NCBI GenBank assembly: GCA_043228905.1
Contig: JBHGNT010000002.1
Coordinates: forward strand, 18,042,001-18,106,000
DNA: 64,000 nucleotides
Reading direction: 5' to 3'
Source of the DNA: Azolla caroliniana
Lineage: Eukaryota; Plantae; Polypodiophyta
Position 1 is the stretch's first letter. Every line of letters begins with the position of its first letter. The translations under genes and the position numbers were made by a program. The notes below the pieces were generated by a model. The model did not search any database. It worked only from the letters and a program-made list of their open reading frames with translations, and was not told where the DNA came from. This document shows, one piece after another, positions 23,613 to 35,472 of this stretch.

Positions 23613-25729
23613 TCTCGGTTATCGGAACCGAGGGAGTCGCGGTTACGCTCGTGGTTCGGCCTAACCGTCAAAAACTGGACCGAATGGCGCCCGTCTTGGG
23701 TCTTGACCCGCGCATAGGCCGAACCATTGTCCAGCACCTTGGTTTCCATTCGCGCCGCCGTGATGTACGGCTCTCCCAGTATGACCGGATGCGAAGACGT
23801 CTCCTGCACGAAGAAGTGCTGGTCAATCTCGACGTCGCCGATCTTGACTCGCACATTCGGACAGGCCCCGTGCAGTTCCTCGGTGGCGCGCGTTGCTGCC
23901 CTTATTTTCCACCCGTGCTTGGTGTTGATCGGCCATTTGCCCTTCTTATAGAAGTCCATGGACATCAAATTGATCTCCGATCCGTGGTCTACCAAAGCTA
24001 TCACTGGTTCCTGGACATCGCCGATCTTCACCGGGGTTTCCGTGGTCGCTCGGGCCCAGTGCGGTCTCGAATAGTGGCTTTCCGCCCACTCGTCTCCCAG
24101 CGCCATGTCGTCTAGGTGCGTCGTCCGCACTTCCACCGGTCTTTCCGGTTCTGTCTCCGCTGACAGCCTCTTCCGTTTCACCAAGTCCACGATGGAGTCG
24201 TGGAACTCCTTCTTGGCGATTCCCAGCACCTCCCGTAGCGACAGCTCCACCTTGCTGTCGAGGATCCGTTCCTCCAGGACCTTTCGTAAGTCCGTGGTTC
24301 TTTCTATCTCCGTCCCCAGACGGTACCCGCCCTTCTGGGGTTTATCTTGCGTACCGGCCCCGCCGGCTTCGTCCCGTCGTGGCCCGGACCGGGTCTCGTA
24401 TCGTTGCGAGGGCCCGGTCGTCCCGGGTTTCCCCACCCGCTTCTCTTCTACCAGAGCCTCGTAGTTCCGGCAATCGGCTTCCACGAAGCCCGTCTTTTCC
24501 TCGACCGGGTCGCTCCACCCGGTCATCTCCCGTACCCGTTTCTCCGCACGGTCCGATTCCTCCCCTTTAAGCCTTGCACCGGCGAGGCCTTCCAGCATCG
24601 TCGGCCAGAATCCGGCTTTGCTTTCCCTTCGGGCCTCGCCGCCCCCGACTCGAATGCCGGCCGACGCCGAGTAGTGGACGGTTTCCGCGTGTCGGGCCGC
24701 CGCCTCTTCCATCAACCTTTTCATACCACCCTTTCCGTCGTTTCGGCTCAGGGCCCTTCGGGTGTCGCTGGCATGCACCCGTCCTTCCCACAGGTACACC
24801 ACCCTGTTCCTCAGCGCCTCCGCGAAGTCGCCGCAGTCCTTCCGAATGTGGCCGACTTCATCGCACCACATGCACCTGTTTCCTGCCGCCGGCCGTCGGT
24901 CACGAGCCGGTTCGCCTCCTTCCCTTCGGGCCTGCGCGATTTGGAGGTCCTTTATCGCCTTCGTCAATTCCTCCAGCGCCGCTCCTCCGGTTGAGCCTCT
25001 GACTACGCCGGTCGAAGCCGAACCGGTATCCAACCACTCTCGGGTCTCTTCCTTTCGCACCTGTGGCGCTAGATCGAGCTTCCTTGCTGCGACCGAGCCC
25101 GACCCGGTTGCACCGTTATCCGCCCATTCTCGCCGTTTGTCGAAACGGCCACAGACCTTCCTGACAGCCGCCCAGTCCGTAGTGAGCCCGTCTTCGGTTT
25201 CCAGCAAGAGGCCCACGTGCTCCCGATCCCGTTCGTCGACCGACTTGACAAACAGCAAGACCCGGCTCGTGTCCAGGATGGTTCGGTCGAGCGCCGAAAG
25301 GCGCGCAAAGTTTTCCTCGAACTCCCGGAGGAGCGCCGACGCGTTTCTTCCCTTCCCCGGGGACTCCACCCAATCCATGAACCTTCGCTTCGAAAGCCGG
25401 AGCGCGTCGTCCAGCCCGTATTTCTCTAGGAGCCGACCTTCGAACTCCTCCCAGGTACGGCTCTCCGTCCGCACCTCGAGCACCTCCGCATGGATGCTCG
25501 GCATCGCCACTCGGGGAAATCCGGCAAGACGCCTTTCTTCCGGAATGTCCCGCATCAGCATCTCTGCACCGTAGGACGCCAAATACTTCGTGGCATCCTT
25601 CCCATCGAACCGGCCGATCGTGCCGACGACCGCCTCAATAGCTCTGTCGAGGGCACCGGTGATCTCGCGCGCGTTTACAATCCGATCCACGGCCGAAGCC
25701 ATGGCCTCTGCGAGATCCGACCCCCTCAT
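23603..25729 (-). CDS. gag: Gag-protease polyprotein
   Basis: Uninterrupted ORF (first ATG at 25729, MRGSDL); CMWCDEVGHIRKDC knuckle; aspartic protease ALVDHGSEINLM...VILGEPY. Confidence 0.92.
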   Translation of the reverse strand: MRGSDLAEAMASAVDRIVNAREITGALDRAIEAVVGTIGRFDGKDATKYLASYGAEMLMRDIPEERRLAGFPRVAMPSIHAEVLEVRTESRTWEEFEGRLLEKYGLDDALRLSKRRFMDWVESPGKGRNASALLREFEENFARLSALDRTILDTSRVLLFVKSVDERDREHVGLLLETEDGLTTDWAAVRKVCGRFDKRREWADNGATGSGSVAARKLDLAPQVRKEETREWLDTGSASTGVVRGSTGGAALEELTKAIKDLQIAQARREGGEPARDRRPAAGNRCMWCDEVGHIRKDCGDFAEALRNRVVYLWEGRVHASDTRRALSRNDGKGGMKRLMEEAAARHAETVHYSASAGIRVGGGEARRESKAGFWPTMLEGLAGARLKGEESDRAEKRVREMTGWSDPVEEKTGFVEADCRNYEALVEEKRVGKPGTTGPSQRYETRSGPRRDEAGGAGTQDKPQKGGYRLGTEIERTTDLRKVLEERILDSKVELSLREVLGIAKKEFHDSIVDLVKRKRLSAETEPERPVEVRTTHLDDMALGDEWAESHYSRPHWARATTETPVKIGDVQEPVIALVDHGSEINLMSMDFYKKGKWPINTKHGWKIRAATRATEELHGACPNVRVKIGDVEIDQHFFVQETSSHPVILGEPYITAARMETKVLDNGSAYARVKTQDGRHSVQFLTVRPNHERNRDSLGSDNREDF

Positions 25730-25751
25730 CTTCTGCTCTTCTGCCGCCTCT

Positions 25752-25769
25752 TTCACGTCGGGTTCACCA
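25752..25769 (-). promoter_or_regulatory. Primer-binding site complementary to the 3' end of plant tRNA-Trp
   Basis: TGGTGAACCCGACGTGAA, 3 nt inside the 5' LTR. Confidence 0.88.
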
Positions 25770-26451
25770 AGATGTCGGGGTTGCTACGCCCTTGCGTGCA
25801 GAAAGGAGGAGGGACCACGGGGGTCTCGGACCGAAGAGCAAGAGAGAGAGACCCGATTACACAGAACCGAAGATTGCACAGGGACACGGCCCAACAAACA
25901 GAGATCACAGATAAACGCCGACGCAAATGGACGCAACAACGAAAGATATGTGCTTATGAATGCAAGAAAATAACAGACTAAAGTATTACAACCCACGGTG
26001 GGGCACGAAATAGATACTAGCGAAACGAACAGGGCGGCGAACAGATGCCGACCCCTGTATGTCGCGACGCACAGAAAGGGAAAACAGGTCGGAGGAGCTG
26101 CAGGACGCACTCGGGGCGTTCCACGGAACAGCGCAAGCCTCCTCCAAACCTGCACAGGTACGCGATGGAGCAGAAGACAGAGAAAGCGGGAGTGAGAGCG
26201 AAGCCCCGAAATCGGTTCGGCAGCACTTCGTCCTCTCCGTGCGAGATACCCCACTTCTATTCTCCCTCTTCCTTTTATAGCCCGTCAAGAGGCCGTTTGG
26301 CATTAACTGCATACCAACCGAATCTACCCACCTAGGATCCTCGTATGTACCTACTTCGTCCTTAGGTACTTCTTGGCGCTCGTGTGTGTGTAGAGCCGTT
26401 TACCACGCCTTGTTCCTCCGATTCCCCTTGTGGGCGGTTTTCTTCACGACA

Positions 26452-29400
26452 ACGTCCATCTGGTGAAGATGCCACCCCCTTGCCGCTGCAACTGCCAGTA
26501 CCACTCGAACCATCGTCATCTTCACTACTAGAGTGATGGTCTCGTCGTAGTCAATTCCGTGGGTCTGTGCTTATCCCTTCGCCACTAACCGGGCCTTGTA
26601 CTAGTTAATCGAACCGTAAGCATTGTACTTTACCTTGTACACCCATTTGCAATTGATCGGTTTACAGTGTCAGAGAGGGGCAATGAGGTCCCATGTGTCG
26701 TTGGCATCGAGTGCCCACATTTCTTCTTCCATAGCGGCACGCTAATTTGCGTCCTTTGCCGCTCCTGCGTAGATCTCCGGCTCACGCACTTCCGCCACTT
26801 TGGTCATGTACACATAGTGATGCGCCATGTACTCATTGTACCTGTACCGTGTAACGGTTTTGGCGGGAAGACTGACGTAACTTGACATCACCCGGTTTGG
26901 GGCCCTTCTTGGCCGGTTCGGACTTCATTCCCGAAGATCCTCCTTCATCCCTTCTGGAGTCGAATTCGCTCTGATATGACTCAATGTTGCCAGTTTCGTA
27001 TTCCGGTATCTTCTTCTTCCCCTTCTCTTTGCACGTGAACCATCTCCTCGGTTCCTTGCGCGGGAAGAGCACGACAGAGTCTTCACTACTTGCTAGTTCT
27101 TCATCGGACTAGCCATCTCGGCTCAGCCACTCATTCGGTCCACTTAGCCGGAATGAGATCGGACTCTCGTCTAGAGTGCTGAAGTCTTCATCTTCTACTT
27201 GGACCTCCTCGGGCTCACTAGCCTCATCTTTTGGAATCGGGTCTTCGTCGAAAGTTGGAGTTGGTAGGGAGTACATCATGCTGTCTCATCAAACTCAACA
27301 TCTTGGCTTACTCGGACCTACTTAGTTCGGGGGTTATAACACTTATACCCCTTTTGCTCATGCGAGTAACCAACTAGGATGCACTTCTCTGACTTCGGAT
27401 CTAGCTTCTTCCGCTTCTCATCTAGTACATGCACATATGCTATGCTACCGAATATCCGAAGGTGTCTCAAATTCGGGTTCTGCCTAAAATACAGCTCATG
27501 TGCTGACACCTTGTCCCCGATCCGGTTTTGGATGTAGACGGTCGTCTGGACCTCCTCAGCCTAGTAGAATTGGGGCATGCTCTTCTCCTCTAGCATTGCC
27601 CTTGCCGCACCGACAATCGACTGGTTCTTCCTTTCAACCACACTGTTTTGCTCCGGTGTGTATCTACAGTTGAATTCTCTCCGAATTCCGTTCTGCTGCA
27701 AATAACTGTTGAATTGGCCGGAAAAGTATTCTTTTCCGCCATCCGACCGCAAGCACTTGATCTTCCTCTCTATTTCCCGTTCAACGAAGCTTTGCAAGTT
27801 CCGAAAACATTCGAAGACTTCGCTCTTCCGTTGAATGAAGTAGATCCACGTGTGTCAGCTATAGTCATAGATGAAGAAGACGAAATACCGACTCCCACCA
27901 AGACTAACGTTCTGTGCCGGTCCCCATACATCTGAGTGGATTAAGTCGAGCTTGTTACGGCTCCGGTTATGTTCGGTGGGGAATGGAAGCCGATGTTGCT
28001 TCCCGAGTTGGCAGGCTTCACATATTTGGGTCTTCCGGTCACTGAATTTCGGCAATCTGAACACAACTTGTTTCGATTGCAGGTCTTGAAGTCTCCGGTA
28101 GTTGACGTGGCCAATCCACTTGTGCCACAGGTCGATGTTCGACTCGACCTTCTGCCCTTTCGCAAACATAGCGGTGTCGATGTCATTTGTGTTGAGGATG
28201 AACATCCTCCCTTCTCTGCGCCCTTGTGCAATTATCCGGCCTTCTTCCTCGATGAAGCAGTCGAGGTGGTAAACCACACCTGCATTCCTTGGTCGATGAT
28301 TTGTCCAACCGACACCAGGTTCTTTGTGATAGTCGGAACGTGTAGTACGTTCATCAACTTCCCCTTTTGTCCGACATGGCTTACAGGGACTTCTCTGACA
28401 TGCACAATAGGGTGAGGGGTGTCGACTCCAGTTTCGACAATCCCCAGTTGTTCCGGTTTTTCAAAAAAAGAGAACCACTCTTCATGGTTTGTCATGTGGT
28501 TGGACGCTCCGGAATCAGCATACCATACTTCCTCCAATTTGGAAGTAGTCTTGTTCATCGAGTTAGCCTTGTGCTTCATCACGAAGGCTGGCCCTTTACC
28601 GGTCTTCTTGGTTCTAGATCCTTTCGATCCTTTTGCGTAGTGCGAGCTTTGCCAGTTTTCCCGGATCCAGACTTGTCCGAATCAGCGTGCTTCTTTGAGC
28701 ACTTGCTTTCCGTGTGACCCTTTTTGCCACAATACCAACATTCCATGTTGGCTTTTCCTTGCTAGCTTTCGGTGCTGCTTTGACTCCCCCTGCTTGTGGT
28801 CCGGAACTGCTATCGGCACTACCTATGTGCCTTCGGTCCTACTCTTGCCAGCCGCCTCCATTCCATGCCGACCCACCTCATCCTACACGTGCACGGGGTC
28901 GATCCGACTCCGTGTACAGCATCCAATTGTCCGACTGAGTGGTCCTCGACCCACTCGCGTGGTTTTCTTCGACCATCAACATCGATTGCAAGTCGAAGAA
29001 AGATGGTGGCTTCTCCCGGGTGCAGATCGCTGTCCGGATTGACCCATACCTTTGCGCTAGACCATCGAGGCAGATTTGTACCATCTCGTCTTCGTCCACC
29101 ATCACGTTGATGGACATGAGCGCGTCACAAACCTCCTTTATCTTGGTGGTCTAATCCGTAACCAACATGTCTCTTTGCCGGATGTTGTTCAGCTCTTGCC
29201 GGAGCTGCAACTTACGGGCTATGGTACTCGTGGCAAAAATCTTTCTCAGATTTCCGCAAACCTCCTTTGGCGTTTTTTGGATCCTTTATGTAGCCAAGCA
29301 TTTGGTCGTGCCCACAGGACGCGAGGCAATACAATACTCGACTCGCTCCTTGCTCCCATACCGGGAAGTCTTTGTTTGCCGGCTTCGGCGCTACCTCGTT

Positions 29401-29526
29401 CATTCCTTCCACCAAGCTCCAATATCCATGCCCCAGCAAGTCCTGGTGCATCTTGTATGACCAGGATGCGTAGTTGTTGTGGTCGAGCTTCTCTATTGGA
29501 AGTTAACTTGCCATTCCTCTGTCCAT
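26452..29526 (-). pseudogene. Copia-A gag-PR-INT-RT (N-terminal part) with stops and frameshifts
   Basis: WYADSGASNHM, LWHKWIGH, CEACQLGK, LIHSDVWGP, LRSDGGKEY, WHLHQMDV fragments. Confidence 0.92.
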
Positions 29527-29620
29527 ATCTTCTCTCTGTCTGTTGTTACCGGGTTTTAGGGTTCGTCTATGAAAGCAAGTGTCAGCTGCAGAGGTTCTCA
29601 ACCCTCGCGCTTTGATACTG

Positions 29621-30088
29621 TGTGAATGTTAATGTGCGGAGGCGTTAGACAGAACCGGCTCAACCGCATAGCAACAGAGAATAAGATGAAGGTTTAATGG
29701 AGAAGCTTAATACACAGAGAGTATATGCATGGGAGAGACAGAGAGAGAGCAAAACGTAAACATAGCTTCAAAATAATAAAAACACTTTGTGACTCTGTAC
29801 ATACAACGTGCTAAACAACACTATTTATACAAGTCCTCAAAGGGACTAACAGAAGTACTATGTACTTCAATGCTCATACGAGCGACTGACACTAACTACG
29901 AGACAATGATTACCTACTGGTCTAGGCTACTAGTAGGCTATTGGTTCGCGCTCGGATTCGGCTCTCCGATTCATCTCCCCGATCCGGCCGATTGTTTCCG
30001 AATACCAAGCCGACTCTTGGTTCCGGATGCCGATCCAGCTCATGCTTATCTAGCCGATCCGTATCCGGTTGAGCTTGCTCGCTCAACA
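29621..30088 (-). repeat. Copia-A 5' LTR
   Basis: Abuts the decayed PBS; followed by TSD ATAAT. Confidence 0.93.
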
Positions 30089-31334
30089 ATAATCATTGAC
30101 CGTTTCATTCGCTTCTTGCTTGAGGGAAAAAAGTTTGTCGATCGGGTTCCATTTATTTCCTCTACGAGCAAAGTTGATTAAAAATCTTCTATGACATACT
30201 TGAACTCCATGGAGATGTCTTCATTCAAAGTCCTAAACCAAATTCCGGCTTGGTCGTCGTGCATAAGCCCGAATGTGGCTACTTTGGTAACCTCTGTGAG
30301 AGGTTCATAAGCTCTAAATACCTGTTTCAACCTCTCTATGTGGTCATAAGTGTCGCCGAAACTAAGGAAGCAAGGTACTAGTTTAGACATGGAAGCACTC
30401 TTCCGCTATCGTTTGTAGGGTTGCTTGAGTTGTTTGTGGGTGCACATTCTTTTCCATCAATGCCACTAGGGTTTGGATGGACTATAATGCCACTACGAGT
30501 TTGGCATTTGGAGGTGTTGAGGTGGTTCCGTCGTGTGTAGGGATAACGTTCATACGCGGCGATGTTGGGGATCTTCGTGTGTGTTCTTCATTTGGGTTGT
30601 TGCCCATTGTGCTCAAATCCGGGGCGGGGCTAGGCTTGAGTTCTTGTTGGCGTGAATATATTGATGCTTCTAGAAGGTTATGTTTTTGTTGTACTTGCGT
30701 GAACGTGTCTTTCCTTTTTGCAGGGCAACATCGATATCATGGGTGATCACCTCTGGTTGTCCCCCTTTCGCGAGTTGCATCTTCCATATATTGATTTCCT
30801 ATTCTATCGTACACAGCTTTTGCGTTGTGTCCCATATGTGTCGCTCTAAGCTAAGTGAGTCTGCCGTTGGGCTCTCCTATAGTGGAGGCGTATTGAGAGT
30901 TGCTTTGATTGTTCGGCTTGGCGGGAGGATCATTTTTAGTAGTGTCCTTGGGGTTAACCACCCTCCGTGGTATTGAGTCGGGTTAGATGGGCCAACACCG
31001 TGCGTTTGGTCAGTTTGGGTGAGCTCTTCCTAGCATGTGAGTCAAGTTTTGAACATCCCTGTCCACGAGGATCCGGCGATATGTACGACAAAGGATTTTG
31101 GAGGTTCGTTGTGTTGTCCCAACATCGAACTTTGAGGGTTCGTCAAACTTTGATCTTTTGTCAAACATTGAGGGTTTGTGGAACTAAAAAAATAGAAAAT
31201 TAGATTAATTAAAACGTGAAATAGTGAAAATTTTAATTAACAAAAACAATGGTTTCCTTTTGAATTCTTCCCTCGTTAAGTGGGTTGCCTATGAGTGTTC
31301 GATCACTTGAAATTGGCTTCAAGCGTCGGTCGCT

Positions 31335-31352
31335 TCCCCAGCAACAGTGCCA
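31335..31352 (-). promoter_or_regulatory. Primer-binding site for tRNA-Asp (degenerate)
   Basis: 15/18 match to the Athila-type PBS TGGCGCCGTTGCCGGGGA; all three mismatches are transitions. Confidence 0.7.
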
Positions 31353-31854
31353 AATAGATGTGTAAGATCTATGTATCGACGGAGTTAAACCCTCCTTGAT
31401 GTCATTTGCGGAGCTCGGACCGGCGTATACCCTTTTGATGGTGAATCGGGTGGAGATGGTTGTCGGACACCTCCGAGCCTCACACCCACTTAACGATTAC
31501 TCACTCTCTCAAGCTCGCTCTCATAGACAATAAGAGTAATGAATATAGATGATAAGATTAATTAATATGTTTGTTAACCCTCTTTGCTAAAAGGTCTAGC
31601 ACCCCAACAAGGAAGAGAGATTAGTGTTCTTTAACTAAACACTTCACTAATCTCTCTTAAGCTTAAGGGATAGAAGGAGGAGAGGAAGCTCTAGCTCTTA
31701 CTCAATGGGGAGACCTTTACAAATGGAAGAACCCTTACAAAGCCACCACAATGTGGTTTATATAGTATTTACATTTAGGGTATGATTCTTTCATACTTGG
31801 TTGTCCATTAGTTACTTTTCCTCTTGCCATTTCCTCACCATCATATCCCTCTAT

Positions 31855-32699
31855 CAAATACTGTTGAGCTCTTGTCGAAGCTGAAACTTCCGGGTCATGG
31901 TACTCATGCCGAAAATCTTCTTTAGATTTTCCCGGGCCTCCTTCGGCGTCTTTGCATCCCGAATGTAGGCCAACATTTGATCGTGCACATGGGACACAAG
32001 GCAGTACAAGACTCTGCTTGCTCCTTTTTCTGAAATCGAAAAATCCTTGTGTGCCGATTTTGGCGCTACTTTATTTTCTCTCTGGATGTAACTCTAGTAA
32101 CCATGCCCGAGCAGGTATTGGTGCATCTTGTACTCCCAAGACACATAGTGGCTTCTGTCCAACTTCTCCGTCGGAAGAGATCCACCCATTCCTTTCTCCA
32201 TTTTCTTCTTGTCCGAGGATTAGGGTTCGTTTGTATTGAACACTTGTCAACAACAAAGGATTTTCAACCCTCACACTCTGATACCATGTAAAGATTTAAG
32301 TGTGTAAGCTGAAATAGACACAACCAGCTCAATCGGATAGTAGCAAAAAATAGAAAAAAACAATGAAGAGAAAACACAGTACGCGAGAGAGACAAAGAGA
32401 GCAGAAAACTGAAACTCGATTAAAAAAATAACACTTTGTACATACGAATGTGCTTAGAGAGCACCTTTATACAAGTCCTTAAAAGGATAGACAAAAGTAC
32501 TGACAAGTACTTCAATGCTCATAACTGAGCTATTGACACTAACTCCTAAAAATATAACTGCCTACAAAACTAGGAGAGTAGGCCTGTAATGGTCTACTAG
32601 CTCCTCATGGATTCGGTTCTTCGATCTGGTCCGGGCCTAGCCGATCCGGCTCTCGGCTTATTGAACTGATCCGGCCAATGTTGGGCTTCCTTCTCAACA
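31855..32699 (-). mobile_element. Copia-C: 5' LTR, PBS and gag start only (truncated); same family as Copia-A/B
   Basis: LTR 32287-32699 (TGTTGAGAAGGAAGCCCAAC...TTTACA on -); PBS TGGTATCAGAGT; gag ENLKKIFGMSTMTRKFQLRQELN. Confidence 0.85.
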
Positions 32700-33212
32700 A
32701 GTTTGAATGGAGATCGGAGCACACCAAAGCCGTGAAGAAGCTCAAGAAAGCACTATGGAAGGCACTTAAGAAGCCAGACTATGACCGACCGATCATAGTA
32801 ACAGTTGATACCAATCCAACTAGGATTGGATGGGTTATCAACAAGGCCGACATGGATGTTTCACGATATTCAATCCAATTCGGAGCAAAGGTTCTCAATG
32901 AAAGGAAATGCGGATATGCACAAATCAAAGGGAGTAGTAATAGAGATTAAATCGGATCGTGATTACTTGATAGGAGCAGAAGTAGTGATCGTAACAGATT
33001 CTCTTTCGATACTCGAGATGGTGTGATGTTGTTCAGTGTTGGAGGTAGCAATGCTAAGGTGGATAGCATATGTGAAACCTTCCGATCTGGAAGTACGACA
33101 CATATTGGTAAAAGACAACGTGGTAGCAGATATGCTATGAAGGGCCTAGTTCGAAGACGACGTAGTCGAATCGGATAATGAAGAAGTTTCCGAAGACTAC
33201 TTTACTTCGGAG

Positions 33213-33778
33213 CATAGTACGTAAAATTCGTGTTCGTCAGCCATATCATTCGTTTTCCTACGTTGGAAAACGAACACGAATGATATTAAAAAATTCGTGT
33301 GTTTTTTTTTTTTTCCTTTTTTTTTGTTTTTTCCCTCTTTTTCCCCCTTTTCCCCCTTTTCCTCTGCACATAACGTTACGATCTCCTCTCCTCTCCCACC
33401 TAGCCTCGAACAATCTGCATAGTGCATACCAACGACTCACGACATTCATGTATAATTAGGTTTAATAATAGGTATTAGGGTTTTAATTTCTAAAATGAAA
33501 TTTCTGAAATTTTAGAGATGAGAGATGAAATTTTAGAGATGAAATTTCTGAAATTTCTGAAATTTCAGAGATGAAATGATGAAATTTTGATATTTACGTT
33601 TTACAGTAATTTAGGAACTAATGGGTAGACAAAAGGCCTAGAGTGGGAACATGTTGTAATTCAAGTAAAGAATCCAAAAGTATGGTATTTATCATTCTTC
33701 GAGGGTGTTTACCCTTCTCGAATGATTGAATCATTCTCGAACACGAATGCACGAATGATATGCATGGTTCATACTATG
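33213..33778. mobile_element. Non-autonomous hAT-type DNA transposon (MITE)
   Basis: 8-bp TSD CTTCGGAG at 33205-33212 and 33779-33786; TIRs CATAGTACG / CATAGTATG; subterminal CACGAAT motifs. Confidence 0.85.
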
Positions 33779-35472
33779 CTTCGGAGTATATATTATGGGT
33801 GAATGTAATCCGGGAATTATGGGAAGACGAATACGAGGGAGAATGCTTGCTAATCGGGAAAGCACTACAAGAGATCAAGGAATCATCAAACAATAAGGAA
33901 AAGAGAGCCAAGATCTGAAGGAAAAAATGACAAGTCTGGAAGTTTTTCCTATAGAATGGATTAGTTTGGAGGGAACCGAAAAGACAAGATGTTATAGCAC
34001 TACGAGTAGTCGGTACAACAGAGCAACAAAAACGAATAATATCTGCATTTCACGAATCCGATTGGGTTGGACATCAGGGTACGTGAACGACATTCACAAA
34101 GATCAAGCAAAAGTACTAGTGGAAGGGTATGTACAAGGATGTAGCAGAGTTCATGGGAAGCTGCAAGAAATGTCAAATCTACTTTGGAGTTCGACACTGT
34201 GACAAGCTACATTTGACATTCTCACAGATAGTTAACTTGAAATGGTTGGTCGACATCATGGCCATGCCCACCAGGATCAGACAAAAGAAGTACTTAGTGC
34301 TAGCTCAAGAGGATTTGATGAACCAAGTAGAGGGTAAGGTGCTACGGAGGAAAACATGGTATATCAATTTCTCTTGGAAGAACTGTTCTGCAGTACGGGT
34401 GCGTAGGAAAAGTGATTGCAGATTGGGTAGAACTTGACAATTGGCCCGAGAACTTGACTCCAATAGAGTTAGGGAATTCTTCGCCAAACATGGAGTACGG
34501 TTGACACTAACCATGGCATAGAATCCAGAAGCCAATGGGAAGATTGAGCGAGGACATACTCCAATCGTAAAAGCACTAGCAAAAGCATGCGATATTATGG
34601 TGAAGAATTGGCCGCCAATGCTTCGGTATGCACTATGGGTGGATCGCTCAACACATAGTTCTGTGACCGGTTATATGCCAGTGCAACTTATGACCGGACA
34701 AGCTCTGGTAATGCATACGGAAACCGCAATTGCGACATTGACGGTGCTACTGTGGGAGGAAGAGATGAATCGGGAAGAACTACTAGCGGTTCGGTTACGA
34801 CAGCTAGAAAGAAGACCAGAGGACGTTGCAGAAGTGGTACGATGACAACAAGAAGTGCAATTCCGGAGCAAAGGTCGATTCGACAAAAAGCACCATGTAT
34901 GACCAAGGAAAGATTGAAGAAGGAGATTGGGTGATAGTCTATGGCAATAGTTTGGATCATCAACACAATTCGATACGGAAATTCGCTCAAAGGTAGTTCG
35001 GACCATACAAACTTTGAAAGGTATTTGACAATGGAACTTACCAATTATGTGAGTTGGATGGAACAATACTACGAGTTCCTATAGCAAGGAAGCGGGTGAA
35101 GATTTTCAAGAAGCGAAGTGACATAGAGCCCTATGTAACTTTAGACAACACCAACATAGAGGAACAAGAAGACATGGATCATGGAGATACAAGAAGCGAA
35201 GAAAGTGGGTTGGAATTAATAGTATACATAGTGGGAGAAATGAAGGAAAATAGCAAGCAATGGCAACTTTGGCACATACCAAAGGATGTGCAGGTTCGGA
35301 GGGGGTGAGTGTCATAGTGTGCTTCGTACACTACGTGAAATGTTTACAGGGTACCCAATTGAATAAGTATGAAGAAATAGAAGAAAATATTAAATGTATG
35401 TTACATGCACAAGGCAAGATTTGAACCATGTGCCTCCATGTTAACAATTTTAAGCCTTACCATTGTACTAAC

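Larger units (their letters stand above)
19347..26451 (-). mobile_element. Very young, intact non-chromovirus Ty3/gypsy element primed by tRNA-Trp, nested in the RT of Copia-A
   Basis: LTRs 25773-26451 and 19347-20042 identical by eye except one 17-bp indel; 4-bp TSD ACGT at 19343-19346 and 26452-26455, splitting the host QMD-V-KNVFL; PBS 25752-25769; PPT GGTGGGGGCGGA. Confidence 0.97.
11344..30088 (-). mobile_element. Copia-A: full-length but decayed Ty1/copia element hosting two nested elements
   Basis: LTRs 29621-30088 and 11344-11786 (TG..CA); TSD ATAAT at 11339-11343 and 30089-30093; decayed iMet PBS CAGTATCAAAGC; PPT AGCTTGAGGGGGAG; gag/PR/INT/RT over 29526-26452, RT 19346-18915, RT/RH 13238-12450. 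Confidence 0.95.
8550..31850 (-). mobile_element. Old Athila-like (tRNA-Asp PBS) gypsy relic split by the Copia-A insertion; ends uncertain, possibly two fused relics
   Basis: PBS TGGCACTGTTGCTGGGGA at 31352-31335; LTR-like region ~31359-31850 with TATATAAA; Gag N-terminal piece 30178-30390; CCHC knuckles between 9915 and 11115; RT remnants (VSPIVVVPKK, TPTNLKALKVFLQKV) at 8570-8900. Confidence 0.6.

Noticed and set aside
20196-25981. Many long antisense and alternative-frame ORFs (up to 311 aa) over the young gypsy
   Set aside because: Expected shadow ORFs of GC-rich coding sequence; no motifs or independent signals.
6830-32699. Idea that the copia 3' fragment (6830-7090) and Copia-C (31855-32699) are two ends of one element
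   Set aside because: No matching second LTR or TSD, and plus-strand gypsy integrase lies between them.
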